A DNA stretch of 64,000 nucleotides from Candidatus Bipolaricaulota bacterium (GCA_025061735.1 JANXAU010000044.1:13933-77932), one strand, 5' to 3'; shown: positions 18,567 through 28,678, counted from the first letter of the stretch. Numbers and translations are program-made. Notes: generated by a model from the sequence alone, not told the origin.

Positions 18567-19139
18567 TCACTGAACTGCCATGGCAACGCTACGCACAACC
18601 ACTCGTTCGTAGGCCGCTTGCGCGGCGGCTTGATTGCGCTCGGCCTGCGCGGGGATCTTCTCGGCAATCGCTTCCAAGATGGATTCTAAGCGCACGAGTC
18701 CGGTGGCGCGCGCGAAGGCCCCCAAGATCGCCGTATTGACGATGGGGTTGGTGCGCGTCCCCAGTCGGTGCTCGACAGCGATGGCGCTCGCGGGGACGGT
18801 CGCTACGGTAAAGTCGTGCCACTGGGAGAAATCCTCCGGCGGGCGCTCGGTGTTCACTAGGACCAGCCCGTGAGGTTTCAATCCAGCGGTGACATCTACA
18901 GCGGCGATCAGCGTCGGATCGAGGACGACGACCATATCGGGAGTATAGATCTGACAGCGTCTTCGGATGGGGCGGGTATCGCTGCGCAGAAATGCCGTCA
19001 CGGGCGCGCCGCGCCTCTCCACGCCAAACGCTGGAAAGGCTTGGACGAACTGGCCCTCTTTGAAGAGCGCTGCAGCCAAAATCTCCGAAGCGACGACGGC
19101 TCCCTGCCCGCCTCGTCCGTGAAAGCGCACCTCGATCAT
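18567..19139 (-). CDS. porC: 2-oxoacid:acceptor oxidoreductase gamma subunit
   Basis: EVRFHGRGGQGAV, FGVERRGAPV, NTAILGA. Confidence 0.9.
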   Translation of the reverse strand: MIEVRFHGRGGQGAVVASEILAAALFKEGQFVQAFPAFGVERRGAPVTAFLRSDTRPIRRRCQIYTPDMVVVLDPTLIAAVDVTAGLKPHGLVLVNTERPPEDFSQWHDFTVATVPASAIAVEHRLGTRTNPIVNTAILGAFARATGLVRLESILEAIAEKIPAQAERNQAAAQAAYERVVVRSVAMAVQ

Positions 19140-19292
19140 CGCGATCAGCTCCTCCCGTCGTGTCTATCGTAGCCTTCACAGCCTCAAAAACTCAATGATT
19201 TAGGGCAAGCGCAAAGTTGAGCTGCGTCAGGTTTATGGGATGGCTTTTGGAGCGTGTAGGCGCTAAGATGGTATTGGTGAGGAGGCCAAGAT

Positions 19293-19814
19293 ATGCGAAT
19301 TTTCTACACGATTACGGATTCCCCAATCGGGAAGCTACTGGTAGCTGCGACCGAGCGCGGGCTGTGCGCCGTGAAGTTTGTTCACAGCCGCGCCGCGGGC
19401 GAAGCCGCGCTGCGACGGGAGTATCCGTCCGCGGAGATCGCTCGTGACGATCGGCGTCTTAGAGATGGGGTCACGGCTCTGAAAGATTACTTGGAGGGAC
19501 GTGACTTCGCACGCGCTCTCTCTTTGGATCTGCGCGCGACGGCGTTTCAGCGGCGCGTCTGGGAAGCGCTGCGTAAGATCCCCTACGGCGAGACGCGCTC
19601 GTACCGCGAGATCGCCCAAGCGATCGGGCGTCCCACGGCGGTGCGCGCCGTCGCCCGCGCCTGCGCGACCAATCCCATTGCTCTTCTGATCCCCTGCCAT
19701 CGCGTCGTCCGCAGCGATGGCGGCTTAGGCGGCTACAGCAGCGGGATCGCCCGAAAGAGGAAGCTCTTGGAACACGAGCAGAGACGATCACCCAAGTCGG
19801 GGAAGCGAGCATGA
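19293..19814 (+). CDS. ogt: methylated-DNA-protein-cysteine methyltransferase
   Basis: IPYGETRSY, RAVARAC, IPCHRV. Confidence 0.93.
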   Translation: MRIFYTITDSPIGKLLVAATERGLCAVKFVHSRAAGEAALRREYPSAEIARDDRRLRDGVTALKDYLEGRDFARALSLDLRATAFQRRVWEALRKIPYGETRSYREIAQAIGRPTAVRAVARACATNPIALLIPCHRVVRSDGGLGGYSSGIARKRKLLEHEQRRSPKSGKRA

Positions 19815-20704
19815 ACCCTCCTTCGCGGCTGGCCCTTCTGGCGGCGCTCGGCGCGGTCTATCTCATCTGGGGTTCGACGTATCTGGCGATCAAATTTGCC
19901 GTCGAGACGCTGCCGCCCTTTTTGATGGCCGGGGTGCGCTTCTTTACAGCGGGCGCGTTGCTCTATCTGTGGATGCGGTGGCGCGGGGAGCCGCGCCCGA
20001 CGCTGCTGCATTGGGGCAATGCTGCGATTGTCGGAGGGTGTCTGATCTTAGGGGGCAACGGAGGCGTCGTCTGGGCCGCGCAATATGTCCCCTCGGGGAT
20101 CATCGCGCTGATGATTGCTACGGTGCCGTTGTGGATGGTCTTGCTGGAGTGGATGCGCGGGGTACGCCCTAACGGTGGAGTCATCGGTGGGGTACTCTTA
20201 GGGCTGGTCGGGATGGTGATCTTGATCGAGCCGGGAGAGCTACAAGCCCAGCGCGAGATTCCTCTTGGAGGAACTGTGATCTTGCTCTTTGCGGCGTTCT
20301 CGTGGGCCGTAGGCTCGATCTATGCGCGGCGGGCGTCGCTGCCGAGTTCGGCGCTGCTGGCGACGGGGATGGAGATGATCATGGGCGGGGCGTTACAAAC
20401 GCTTGTGGGGCTGCTGATGGGAGAGTGGGGGAGATTAGAGTTAGGTGCTGTCTCGTGGCGTTCGGCGCTGGCGTTTCTTTATCTGATAGTCTTTGGCTCA
20501 TGGGTGGGCTTTAGTGCGTATATCTGGCTCTTGCGCGTGACGACCGCGGCGATCGCTTCGACCTATGCGTATGTCAACCCTGTGGTGGCGGTCTTGTTGG
20601 GGTGGGCGTTGGCGGGGGAGAGCTTCTCGGAGCGCACGCTCTTAGCAGCAGCGATGATCGTTCTCGCCGTGGCGCTGATCACGTTCTACAGCACGCGACG
20701 GTGA
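19811..20704 (+). CDS. EamA/DMT transporter (YedA-like)
   Basis: VYLIWGSTYLAI, YAYVNPVVAV, about 10 TM. Confidence 0.88.
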   Translation: MNPPSRLALLAALGAVYLIWGSTYLAIKFAVETLPPFLMAGVRFFTAGALLYLWMRWRGEPRPTLLHWGNAAIVGGCLILGGNGGVVWAAQYVPSGIIALMIATVPLWMVLLEWMRGVRPNGGVIGGVLLGLVGMVILIEPGELQAQREIPLGGTVILLFAAFSWAVGSIYARRASLPSSALLATGMEMIMGGALQTLVGLLMGEWGRLELGAVSWRSALAFLYLIVFGSWVGFSAYIWLLRVTTAAIASTYAYVNPVVAVLLGWALAGESFSERTLLAAAMIVLAVALITFYSTRR

Positions 20705-21441
20705 GGATCCGCGGGGGTGAGTTGCCGCAGGACGTGCTGGAAATCGTCGGGCAGCGGCGCTTCTACGCGCACGGTTCTCTCGGTCTCGGGATGAGCGAAC
20801 TCTAGCGCGAAGGCGTGCAGCAGCATTCGCGTCACGCCCAGCTCGTGATGCAGCCTTCGATTGAGATCGGGGTTGCCGTAGAGATCATCCCCAACGATGG
20901 GACAACCAACAGCCGCAAAGTGCGCTCTCAACTGATGAGTGCGCCCCGTGCGCGGCTGGGCTTGAACGTACGAGAGCTTCACTCCCCCGTGCTCACAGAG
21001 CGCTAAGCGCTCGTAGTCCGTCTGGGCGTAGATGCCCCCGCGCCGCACGGGAACCATCAGCGCTAGCCAGCGCGCTCTGTCCATCTGTTTTTGCAAGTGC
21101 AGCCGAATCGAACCTCGCAGGCGCGTCTCGCCCACCACGAGCGCTCGATACTCTTTGCGAATCTTCTTCAGTTTGAGTTGACGATTGAGAGAGCGAAGCG
21201 CTCTTTTGGACTTGGCAAGCACGGCCACTCCCGAAGTATCTTTGTCCAAGCGATGGACAAACGCGGGCGTAAAGTCGGAGACGAACCCCGACAAATATTC
21301 TAATGCCCATGCCAGCAGCGTCGGCTCGCCCTGGTGATGGCGATCCCCGTGCATGAGCAGTCCCGCGGGCTTGTCAAGCACCAGCAGATCGGCGTCTTCG
21401 TAGAGGACTCGTGGCGCTTTTGCTATTGTCTCTCCGTTCAT
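20686..21441 (-). CDS. RluA family pseudouridine synthase
   Basis: DKPAGL, HRLDKDTSG, TGRTHQLR, IVGDDLYG. Confidence 0.92.
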   Translation of the reverse strand: MNGETIAKAPRVLYEDADLLVLDKPAGLLMHGDRHHQGEPTLLAWALEYLSGFVSDFTPAFVHRLDKDTSGVAVLAKSKRALRSLNRQLKLKKIRKEYRALVVGETRLRGSIRLHLQKQMDRARWLALMVPVRRGGIYAQTDYERLALCEHGGVKLSYVQAQPRTGRTHQLRAHFAAVGCPIVGDDLYGNPDLNRRLHHELGVTRMLLHAFALEFAHPETERTVRVEAPLPDDFQHVLRQLTPADPHRRVL

Positions 21442-21494
21442 TTGTCGCTATCATTCTGGCACGATTTTTCCAAAAGTCAAGGAGAGGTGAAGCG

Positions 21495-22301
21495 ATGCTG
21501 CCCAAAGATACGCTCAAAGATCGAGTGGCGATCATCACGGGAGGAGGGACGGGGTTGGGGCGAGCGATGGCCTTGGAGTTTGCGCGCTTGGGGGCGCGGG
21601 TTGTCGTGGCCAGCCGCAAGTTGGAGAACTTGCAGCAGACCGTCAGCGAGATCGAGAAGCTGGGCGGGAAGGCGCTGGCCGTGCCCACCGACGTGCGCGA
21701 GCCGGCCCAAGTCGACAATTTAGTTGCGGTGACCAAAGAGCGCTTCGGCAAGATAGATATTCTGGTGAACAACGCTGCGGGGAATTTCATCTGTCGCGCG
21801 GAGGACCTCTCGATCAACGGTTGGCGGGCCGTGGTGGGGATCGTGCTGGACGGGACGTTTTACTGCTCGCGCGCCGTCGGCAAAGAGATGATCGCCCAGA
21901 AGACCGGAGGAAATATTCTGAATATCTTAGCGACGTATGCGTGGACAGGGGGGCCGGGAACGGTGCACAGCGCCTGTGCCAAAGCCGGAGTCTTGGCGAT
22001 GACCAAGACGCTCGCCGTCGAGTGGGCGCGCTATAAAATCAGGGTGAACGCGATTGCACCCGGCCCGATAGATACCGAAGGGGCGGCGAAGGCGCTCTGG
22101 GCCAGTCCCGAAGCGAAGAGGTTGGTCGAAGAGACGGTGCCCTTGAAGCGCTTTGGGCAGCCGATAGAGATCGCCCATGCGGCGGCATATCTTGTTTCGG
22201 ACTACGCGAGCTTCATCACCGGCGAAGCGTTAGTCATAGACGGGGGCCAATGGCTGGGGCACGGGCACTATCTGGGGCAACTAGAACGGCTGACAGAGTA
22301 G
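21495..22301 (+). CDS. SDR family 2,4-dienoyl-CoA reductase-like
   Basis: TGGGTGLG, NNAAGNF, HSACAKAG, LAVEW; SD GGAGAGGTG. Confidence 0.85.
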   Translation: MLPKDTLKDRVAIITGGGTGLGRAMALEFARLGARVVVASRKLENLQQTVSEIEKLGGKALAVPTDVREPAQVDNLVAVTKERFGKIDILVNNAAGNFICRAEDLSINGWRAVVGIVLDGTFYCSRAVGKEMIAQKTGGNILNILATYAWTGGPGTVHSACAKAGVLAMTKTLAVEWARYKIRVNAIAPGPIDTEGAAKALWASPEAKRLVEETVPLKRFGQPIEIAHAAAYLVSDYASFITGEALVIDGGQWLGHGHYLGQLERLTE

Positions 22302-22320
22302 TGCTGGAGAAAACGCTAGA

Positions 22321-22893
22321 CTACCCTTGGCCGCCGGGATTTAGAAAGTAGCGCGTCAACCGTTCTGGCATGAGCTCTAGCAGTTTATACGCGATCACGG
22401 CCGCCGCCGCGGCTACCGTAAGCGAGCGCGTCACGCCCAGCATCGGCAGCTCGACGATCAGATCGGCGCACTCCAAAACCCCCGCCGAGATCCCATGCGT
22501 CTCATGCCCGACAATCAAGACTGCCGGAGGAGACTCCCGCAATTCAGCATACGAGATGCTCTGTGGATGCTGCTCAATCGCCATCGCTTTGTAGCCGCGT
22601 GCCTTCAGCTCGGTCACGACCCCTATGCTGTCCTCACGATACTCCCACGGCACCCAATGCTCTGTGCCTACGGCTGCCTTGTGAATTCTGGGATTAGGGG
22701 GCGTGGGCGTCCAGCCACACAGATAGACCCTCTCGGCCGCGACGGCATCGGCCACGCGAAAGAGCGCCCCCACGTTGAACGTATCTTGAAGATTGTCTAA
22801 GACAAAGACGATGGGCTGGCGCGCAATGGCCGCGACGTCGTCGGGCGTAGGGATCTGTTTGCGCAGCGCCTTGGGATAGAGCTTCTTGGCCAT
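22321..22893 (-). CDS. TrmH/SpoU family RNA 2'-O-methyltransferase
   Basis: LDNLQDTFNVG..FR, VGHETHG, ELPMLG..RSL. Confidence 0.88.
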   Translation of the reverse strand: MAKKLYPKALRKQIPTPDDVAAIARQPIVFVLDNLQDTFNVGALFRVADAVAAERVYLCGWTPTPPNPRIHKAAVGTEHWVPWEYREDSIGVVTELKARGYKAMAIEQHPQSISYAELRESPPAVLIVGHETHGISAGVLECADLIVELPMLGVTRSLTVAAAAAVIAYKLLELMPERLTRYFLNPGGQG

Positions 22894-22895
22894 CT

Positions 22896-23342
22896 TTAGA
22901 CCGGCTCGATGACGACGCGGCGCTCCTCGCCGCTGCCCTCGCTGCGGCTGCGCGCCCCGGGGAATTGGCTGAGCGCCTCGTGGATCGCTTTGCGCTCGTA
23001 GGCCTCCATCGGGTCTAGAACGATGGTTTTGCGCTCGCGCACCGCCTCTTCGGCCCACTTGAGGGCCAGCGCGCGCAGCTCGGCCTGACGACGCTCACGA
23101 TACCCGTCGGCATCTACGTGGATGCGCAGATCCATCTCCAAAGAGCGCCGCAGATAGATCTCTAGAATATGAGCGAGGGCGCGCAGAGCGCTCTGGTTCT
23201 CGCCCACAAAGACGCGCGCCCCTTGCAGATCGATCCACAGGCCGTCTTCGCGCTCTTGGAGGTGCCAACGCGCCGGCTCGCCGGCGATCTCAAACAGCTC
23301 GCGCAGGAAAGTCTCGATCGCTTCAACGATCTTGGCTTCCAT
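22896..23342 (-). CDS. jag: Jag/KhpB-like KH-R3H RNA-binding protein lacking the Jag_N domain
   Basis: VDADGYRERR, PM.AYERKAIH, SEG.G.ERRVVI; follows yidC. Confidence 0.85.
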   Translation of the reverse strand: MEAKIVEAIETFLRELFEIAGEPARWHLQEREDGLWIDLQGARVFVGENQSALRALAHILEIYLRRSLEMDLRIHVDADGYRERRQAELRALALKWAEEAVRERKTIVLDPMEAYERKAIHEALSQFPGARSRSEGSGEERRVVIEPV

Positions 23343-24972
23343 CGGCGCCCTCCGGCGCGGCTTCGGCGTCTTCGATCTGGGGAATGGGACGGCGACGCAG
23401 CTCCCAGATGACGATCGCTTGCTGAGCGACTTGCACCACCGTCGAGACAAAGTAGTGCAGCCACAGGCCCGACGAGAGGTCTTTGAGCAGAAAACCGAAG
23501 ACGACGGGGAAGACCCAGATCAAAAGCTGGTTCTGGCTTGTGCCAGGGGTGGGTGTCAGAAACCCCTGAGCGATCTGAGCCAAGACCGTAAGCGCGACGA
23601 TCAGATAGAGCGGATCGGGCTGGCTGAGATCGCTCATCCACAAGAAGCCGGGACTCATGTGGATCAGTTCGGCGCTGTAGAGCACCACGCGCCAGAGCAG
23701 GATCAAGATCGGGATTTGCAACAAGACGGGGAGACAACCGCTCATGGGGTTGACCCCGGCTTTTCGGAACAGCTCCATCTGTTTTTTCGTGAGCTCTTCG
23801 CGGTTTTCGCGGGCACGGCGGCGCAGTTCTTCTTCGGACATCTTGGGATAGAGCACCCGCAATTGCGTGAGAGACGGATAGCGACTCTGCAGCCTTTCGA
23901 GCTTGGGTTGAATCTCTTTCATCCTGGCCATCGAATGGAATTGCGCGCGCGTCAGCGGGTACATCAGCAGCCGAAGGAAGAGCGTCAACAGAATCAAAGC
24001 CCAGCCGTAGTTGCCCGTCCACTCGTAGAGCCATTGGAGCGACTTGGTGAGCGCGGCCAGAGACTGATCCCACAGGTTGCTCTCGACGATGTTCAGCAGC
24101 CCGGCCTCTTCTAAAAAGATCAGATGGACACGCCCAGCGTAGAGACCAAAGCGATAGACGCGCTTCTCTTGGGGCTTGAGCTCAAGCGCATCGGAGCGTA
24201 CGCCGTAGATCTGTTGTCCATTGGGGAGTTTGCTCTCCCAAGGGTGAATATCTTGTTGTTCTGGGGGATTGATGAGCCAAAGAACCAAATCGTCTCGGAA
24301 GAAGCCCAAGCCGCCAAAGCGCGTGTAGTTGCGCAAGATTTGTGCAGAGCGAGCGCCGTCGAAGAGAAAGTACGGGCGCTCGGTCTGTCCCAGCGCCATC
24401 TCAAACCCTTGGGGGAACGAGAGCGTCTGATCTGATGAGAGATTTTCGATCTCGATTTCGACTTCGATGAGATAAGTCGGCTCGTTGCGCACGGTGAAGG
24501 TCTTGGCGATTCGAAGATGCTGCTCTTGATGACTGAGTCGAACTTGTTGGATGCGAGGGTCTTGGCTGGGGAGCAGTTCTGCGCGATAGAGCGTCTCGGG
24601 GGAGAGCGGGCCGAGGGTGAGGGTGAAGGGGAAGAGAGCATCTTTGGGGTAGTCGCGCTCGTAGAGCTTTTCGCCCGTTGGGGTGACTATAAGAGTTGTC
24701 TTCTGATCGGGGAGGACTTCGACAGGGGGAGCGCCCCACGGGGTTGAGAGCGAGAGATAGACGCTCGAAAGCGTGCCGCCGATCTGAGAGAACCGATAGC
24801 TGACAAGAGCCGTGTTGACTTCGACGTCTTTGGATCTTTCTAATATTCGGGTTTTGATGGCGCTGCGTAGGTCTTGCGCATCGGCGATGCTGTTCCAGAA
24901 GAGCGCGATGAGCGCGCAACCGAGAGAGACAAAAAAGCGACCGGCGATGGGGAAGAGACGATTCTTGCTCAT
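23323..24972 (-). CDS. yidC: membrane protein insertase YidC
   Basis: GNYGWALILLT, MKEIQPKL, GVNPMSGCLPVLLQIP, large periplasmic domain. Confidence 0.93.
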   Translation of the reverse strand: MSKNRLFPIAGRFFVSLGCALIALFWNSIADAQDLRSAIKTRILERSKDVEVNTALVSYRFSQIGGTLSSVYLSLSTPWGAPPVEVLPDQKTTLIVTPTGEKLYERDYPKDALFPFTLTLGPLSPETLYRAELLPSQDPRIQQVRLSHQEQHLRIAKTFTVRNEPTYLIEVEIEIENLSSDQTLSFPQGFEMALGQTERPYFLFDGARSAQILRNYTRFGGLGFFRDDLVLWLINPPEQQDIHPWESKLPNGQQIYGVRSDALELKPQEKRVYRFGLYAGRVHLIFLEEAGLLNIVESNLWDQSLAALTKSLQWLYEWTGNYGWALILLTLFLRLLMYPLTRAQFHSMARMKEIQPKLERLQSRYPSLTQLRVLYPKMSEEELRRRARENREELTKKQMELFRKAGVNPMSGCLPVLLQIPILILLWRVVLYSAELIHMSPGFLWMSDLSQPDPLYLIVALTVLAQIAQGFLTPTPGTSQNQLLIWVFPVVFGFLLKDLSSGLWLHYFVSTVVQVAQQAIVIWELRRRPIPQIEDAEAAPEGADGSQDR

Positions 24973-25084
24973 GGTAGCTGGGAGAGAGTTTACACCAGCG
25001 CGTGGGGATTTTCAACTTCCTCCAAACGTTGATAAAAACAGTCCGAGTTATTATAATCTCTATGAAGAAAGGACGAGACGGAAC

Positions 25085-25735
25085 GTGCTCAGAAGACTGC
25101 TGATCGGAATGCTCATCGTCATCGGCATGGGCTGGGCGAGCCTAATTACCTATCTGTACTTCTTCTACGACGCCGGCCTCCAAGCCCCTGGTGCGCTCCG
25201 TCGGGAGGACCAGATCAACGAATTTGTCCTGAGATTCAATCAAGGGACGTTTCTGGACAAGAACGCTCAGGTCCGTCGCGACGCGGAAGGCCCCTATCTG
25301 GGCTTTCGCGCGCCCGATTTTGAGCTGGCCGATCTCGATGGCAATTACGTGCGATTGAGCGATCTGGTGGGCCGGCCGATCTTGCTGAACTTCTGGGCCT
25401 CGTGGTGCCCCCCCTGCCGCAAGGAGATGCCCGATCTGCAAGCCTTCGCCCACGAGCACGGCGACAAGATCGCCGTCGTCGGCGTCAATTGGAACGATAC
25501 CCGCGACGAAGTCGAACGCTTCTTGAACGAATACGGCGTCTCTTATCTCAACCTCTTGGATACCAACGGGAAGGTCTTCGTGCGCTACGGGTTAACGGGT
25601 CTGCCAACAACGTTCTTCATTGACGAAGAGGGCATCATTCGCGGCAAGTGGCTCGGCTCCCTGACCAAAGCGGATATCATCTCGGCTTTTCAGAAGACGA
25701 CTCGCGCCTTCGACGAAACGAGCCGATCCCCATGA
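25085..25735 (+). CDS. resA: ResA/TlpA thiol-disulfide oxidoreductase of cytochrome c biogenesis
   Basis: GTG start, TM anchor, LNFWASWCPPCRKEMP, first gene of resABC. Confidence 0.8.
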   Translation: MLRRLLIGMLIVIGMGWASLITYLYFFYDAGLQAPGALRREDQINEFVLRFNQGTFLDKNAQVRRDAEGPYLGFRAPDFELADLDGNYVRLSDLVGRPILLNFWASWCPPCRKEMPDLQAFAHEHGDKIAVVGVNWNDTRDEVERFLNEYGVSYLNLLDTNGKVFVRYGLTGLPTTFFIDEEGIIRGKWLGSLTKADIISAFQKTTRAFDETSRSP

Positions 25736-27162
25736 GCGCTTTCTTCAAAGAGATCGCCCAAGACTTATATAGATTCTTCACGTCTATCACGCTGGCGATC
25801 GTGTTGATCTCGCTCATCGCGCTCTTCTCGTTCGTGGGCACGCTCATCCCTCAGGAGGCGTTTACTCGCGAAGTAGATTACATCGCGCGTTTTGGGTTTG
25901 AGGGCTATCAGATTCTCAAGCAGCTTCAGTTGACCAATATCTTCGGCTCGTGGTACTTTCTCTTCGTGATGGCGCTCTTCACGCTCAATCTGACGGCCTG
26001 CACTGTCAAGCGCCTGCGCGCCTCATGGCGCTACTGGAAGCTTCCGATGCTCGCGCTCTCCCCCGAGGCGCTCCAGCGCCTTGAGCACTGGCGCTCGTGG
26101 GAGGGCCCCATCGCTCCGGAGACGGCCCAGCGCATCGAGCGAGTCTTGCAGCGACGAGGCTATCGGGTGCGTCGGGAGTCGTCGCAGTTGCTGGCGGAGA
26201 AATGGCGCTGGGAGCGCTTCGGGATCGATCTCTTTCATATTGCGCTCCTCGTCGTCATCTTCGGCGGGCTGGCGACGATGCTCTGGGGATTTCGAACGTT
26301 TGAGATCGCTCACAAGGGGAGCCTGATCCAACTGCCGGGGGCCGATTTTCAATTGAGAGTCAACCGATTCTGGAGCGAGAACTATAAAGACTCCGAGCGC
26401 GTCATGGACTGGCACACCGAGCTTACCGTTATTGAGAACGGTCGTGAAGTCTTCACTCAGACGATCGAAGTAAACGCGCCGTTGCGCTACAAAGGCTATA
26501 ACGTCTATCAGTCGGCGTTTGGAACGGATTGGCAAGGGGCGGCCAACGTCACGTTGGCGATCTCGCGGGCCGATGGCACCGAGCTGGGCGAATTCACCAG
26601 CACGGTCAACGAGGGCTTCGAAATTCCCAACGAAAAGATTTTCGTGAAGGTGGGCGCGTTTCTCCCCGATTTTGCGCTCACCGAGAACTTGATCGCTTAC
26701 AGCCGCACGCAGCGCTTGGAGAACCCCGGCGCTTATATCGAGATCTTCGATCTGAACGGGACACGATTGATGCGCACGTGGGCCTTTGCTCGGACAGATA
26801 TGCAGCAATTCTGGGAGAGTTCAATGGCCCGCGTGAGCGGTGCATCTCCCTATCGCGTGCGCTTGGTGGGGATGACCGCTCCAGAATTTACGGGGCTGCA
26901 GATCACCAAAGACCCCGGTCGTCCGATTGTCTATTTTGGCTTTCTCTTTGTCGTCTTGGGGCTGCTGGTGCATCTGTATTTTAAGCATCAGCAGATTTGG
27001 GTCTATCTTGGGGAGAATCGGATTATCATAGGAGGGATGGCACGGAACCGTCCGCGCGCGTTTGTTCACGAGTTTGAGCGCTTGCTCAAAGAGATAGAAC
27101 AGATCGTTCCAAAGGAGGAACCAGAACCATGCGCTACCCTAGTGTCTTCTTCTTCTACCTGA
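25732..27162 (+). CDS. resB: cytochrome c biogenesis protein ResB/Ccs1
   Basis: GTLIPQ, NLTACT, conserved His, IEVNAPL..GY..YQS, TGLQITKDPG. Confidence 0.9.
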   Translation: MSAFFKEIAQDLYRFFTSITLAIVLISLIALFSFVGTLIPQEAFTREVDYIARFGFEGYQILKQLQLTNIFGSWYFLFVMALFTLNLTACTVKRLRASWRYWKLPMLALSPEALQRLEHWRSWEGPIAPETAQRIERVLQRRGYRVRRESSQLLAEKWRWERFGIDLFHIALLVVIFGGLATMLWGFRTFEIAHKGSLIQLPGADFQLRVNRFWSENYKDSERVMDWHTELTVIENGREVFTQTIEVNAPLRYKGYNVYQSAFGTDWQGAANVTLAISRADGTELGEFTSTVNEGFEIPNEKIFVKVGAFLPDFALTENLIAYSRTQRLENPGAYIEIFDLNGTRLMRTWAFARTDMQQFWESSMARVSGASPYRVRLVGMTAPEFTGLQITKDPGRPIVYFGFLFVVLGLLVHLYFKHQQIWVYLGENRIIIGGMARNRPRAFVHEFERLLKEIEQIVPKEEPEPCATLVSSSST

Positions 27163-28247
27163 GCACGTTGAGCTATCTCGTGACGTTTGTGCTCTATCTG
27201 CTCCACGCCGTTTTGAAAAACAGTTCTCATCCTGTCTCTCTTGCTGACAAGGGGCGGGAGCCGAGATTGGGCATCGTCGCTTCTGGGGCTGCGGGGAGCC
27301 TCAGCAGCATCGATTGGGGTCGGTGGGCGACGCGCTCTCTGATCGTCAGTCTTGTCTTCTCTACGCTAGGTGTGCTCTTTCGCTCCATCGAGTTGGGCAA
27401 CGCTTCGCAGTGGGTCAAAGCGTTCTTCCTGCCGCTCTCGACGACCTATGAGACCCTGACGTTCTTCTCTTGGTTGATTCCCTTGGTCTATCTGTGGGTC
27501 GAGCGCAAGTTTGGGGTGAAGCAGATCGGAGTCTTCGTCACCGGTGCGGCGTTTGTGATGCTCTCGGTCGCAGCATCGCCAAGCTTTGCTCCCAGCGCCC
27601 CCACGGGCGTCCCGGCAAGCTTGCAGAGCTATTGGCTGACGACGCACGTGCTCTTTATGGTGATCGGGATTGCGTTCTTCACCAGCGGCTTTGGCGCGAC
27701 GCTCGTCTATCTGTGGCGTCGCTATCAGAAAAAGCTCTTTCTCTTGTTCGGGGCGCTGCTAGGGGTCATCGGGGGGATCATCTTTGGGGTGATCCCGCTC
27801 TTTGCGACGCTTCAGCCCCTCAAGATGGCCGCGTCGGTGGCGTTGTTGATAGCGCTGGGGGCAGGGTTTGGGTGGCTGCTGCTCTTCGTGCACCGAAGAG
27901 AGCATCAGCCCGTGTCGTGGGAGTATTTAGAGAATATCGAAGAGATCGTCTATCGCTGCAACGCGATTGGGTTTCCGTTCTACGCGATTGGGGGGTTGGT
28001 CTTTGGGGGGATTTGGGCGGAGCAGGCGTGGAGTCGCTACTGGGGCTGGGACCCCAAGGAGACGGCGATGCTGGTGACGGCGGTGGTCTATGCTGTGTAT
28101 CTACACGCGCGCTTGACGTGGGGGAATCGCGATCCGGGGTGGCGCGGGGGCTTGGTGGGGTGGCTCTCGGTCTTGGGGTATTTTGCCGTGCTCTATGCGT
28201 GGATCGGGATCAATTACTTTGTGGCGAGCTTGCACAGCTTTGTCTAG
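27129..28247 (+). CDS. ccsA: cytochrome c biogenesis protein ResC/CcsA
   Basis: LQSYWLTTHV, WWD domain GGIWAEQAWSRYWGWDPKET, C-terminal LHS. Confidence 0.93.
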   Translation: MRYPSVFFFYLSTLSYLVTFVLYLLHAVLKNSSHPVSLADKGREPRLGIVASGAAGSLSSIDWGRWATRSLIVSLVFSTLGVLFRSIELGNASQWVKAFFLPLSTTYETLTFFSWLIPLVYLWVERKFGVKQIGVFVTGAAFVMLSVAASPSFAPSAPTGVPASLQSYWLTTHVLFMVIGIAFFTSGFGATLVYLWRRYQKKLFLLFGALLGVIGGIIFGVIPLFATLQPLKMAASVALLIALGAGFGWLLLFVHRREHQPVSWEYLENIEEIVYRCNAIGFPFYAIGGLVFGGIWAEQAWSRYWGWDPKETAMLVTAVVYAVYLHARLTWGNRDPGWRGGLVGWLSVLGYFAVLYAWIGINYFVASLHSFV

Positions 28248-28303
28248 CCACTTGACCCCCAAGCGCTCATATGCTATAGTAAAGCATCTGTGATCTTTGG
28301 AAG

Positions 28304-28582
28304 ATGCCTATGGTCAAACCGGAACTGCTCCTGCGCAGCAAGATCGCCGAGCGCGACGGCAAGGAGATCGAGATCCGCACCACCGGCAGCGCCGATCAGT
28401 TCAAGTCTTATTGCTATGTGCTGCAGCGGGGCACCGGGCAGGGAGCGGTCGAACTCGAAGCCTATCGCGATGAGCTAGACGCCCGCGAGGGACATCTGCG
28501 CTGGATCCGCCGTCGCGATCGTTGTCTCTCGTATCTCGAAGCCCTCGGCTTGATCTGCCGCAGCGGGCACCTGTGGAAGTAA
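28304..28582 (+). CDS. hypothetical 92-aa protein
   Basis: Own promoter-like TTGACC-17bp-TATAGT upstream, host-like codons, hairpin right after the stop. Confidence 0.6.
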   Translation: MPMVKPELLLRSKIAERDGKEIEIRTTGSADQFKSYCYVLQRGTGQGAVELEAYRDELDAREGHLRWIRRRDRCLSYLEALGLICRSGHLWK

Positions 28583-28678
28583 CAAAGGGCGGCTGCTCGG
28601 CCGCCCTAGGAGGTGAGAGGGTTAGCGACACTTGGTCGGGGGTCTATTCCGACCAAGCCCAAGGAGGTGATTCCACGC
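28583..28678 (-). ncRNA. candidate sRNA (or structured 3' UTR) with two anti-Shine-Dalgarno motifs
   Basis: Minus-strand TACAAT at 28688-28683; ATCACCTCCTT (28671-28661), 9-bp hairpin (28631-28657), TCACCTCCT (28616-28608), terminator hairpin followed by TTGTT. Confidence 0.45.
28586..28607. terminator. intrinsic terminator hairpin (U-rich tail on the minus strand)
   Basis: AGGGCGGC-N6-GCCGCCCT between convergent units. Confidence 0.7.

Noticed and set aside
23162..24114. Long alternative-frame and antisense ORFs over yidC
   Set aside because: Shadow ORFs expected at high GC, with no motifs or start signals.
24601..24640. GAGGGTGAGGGTGAAGGG as a fourth BoxC-like copy
   Set aside because: No palindrome; it is C-ending codons for FPFTLTL in yidC.
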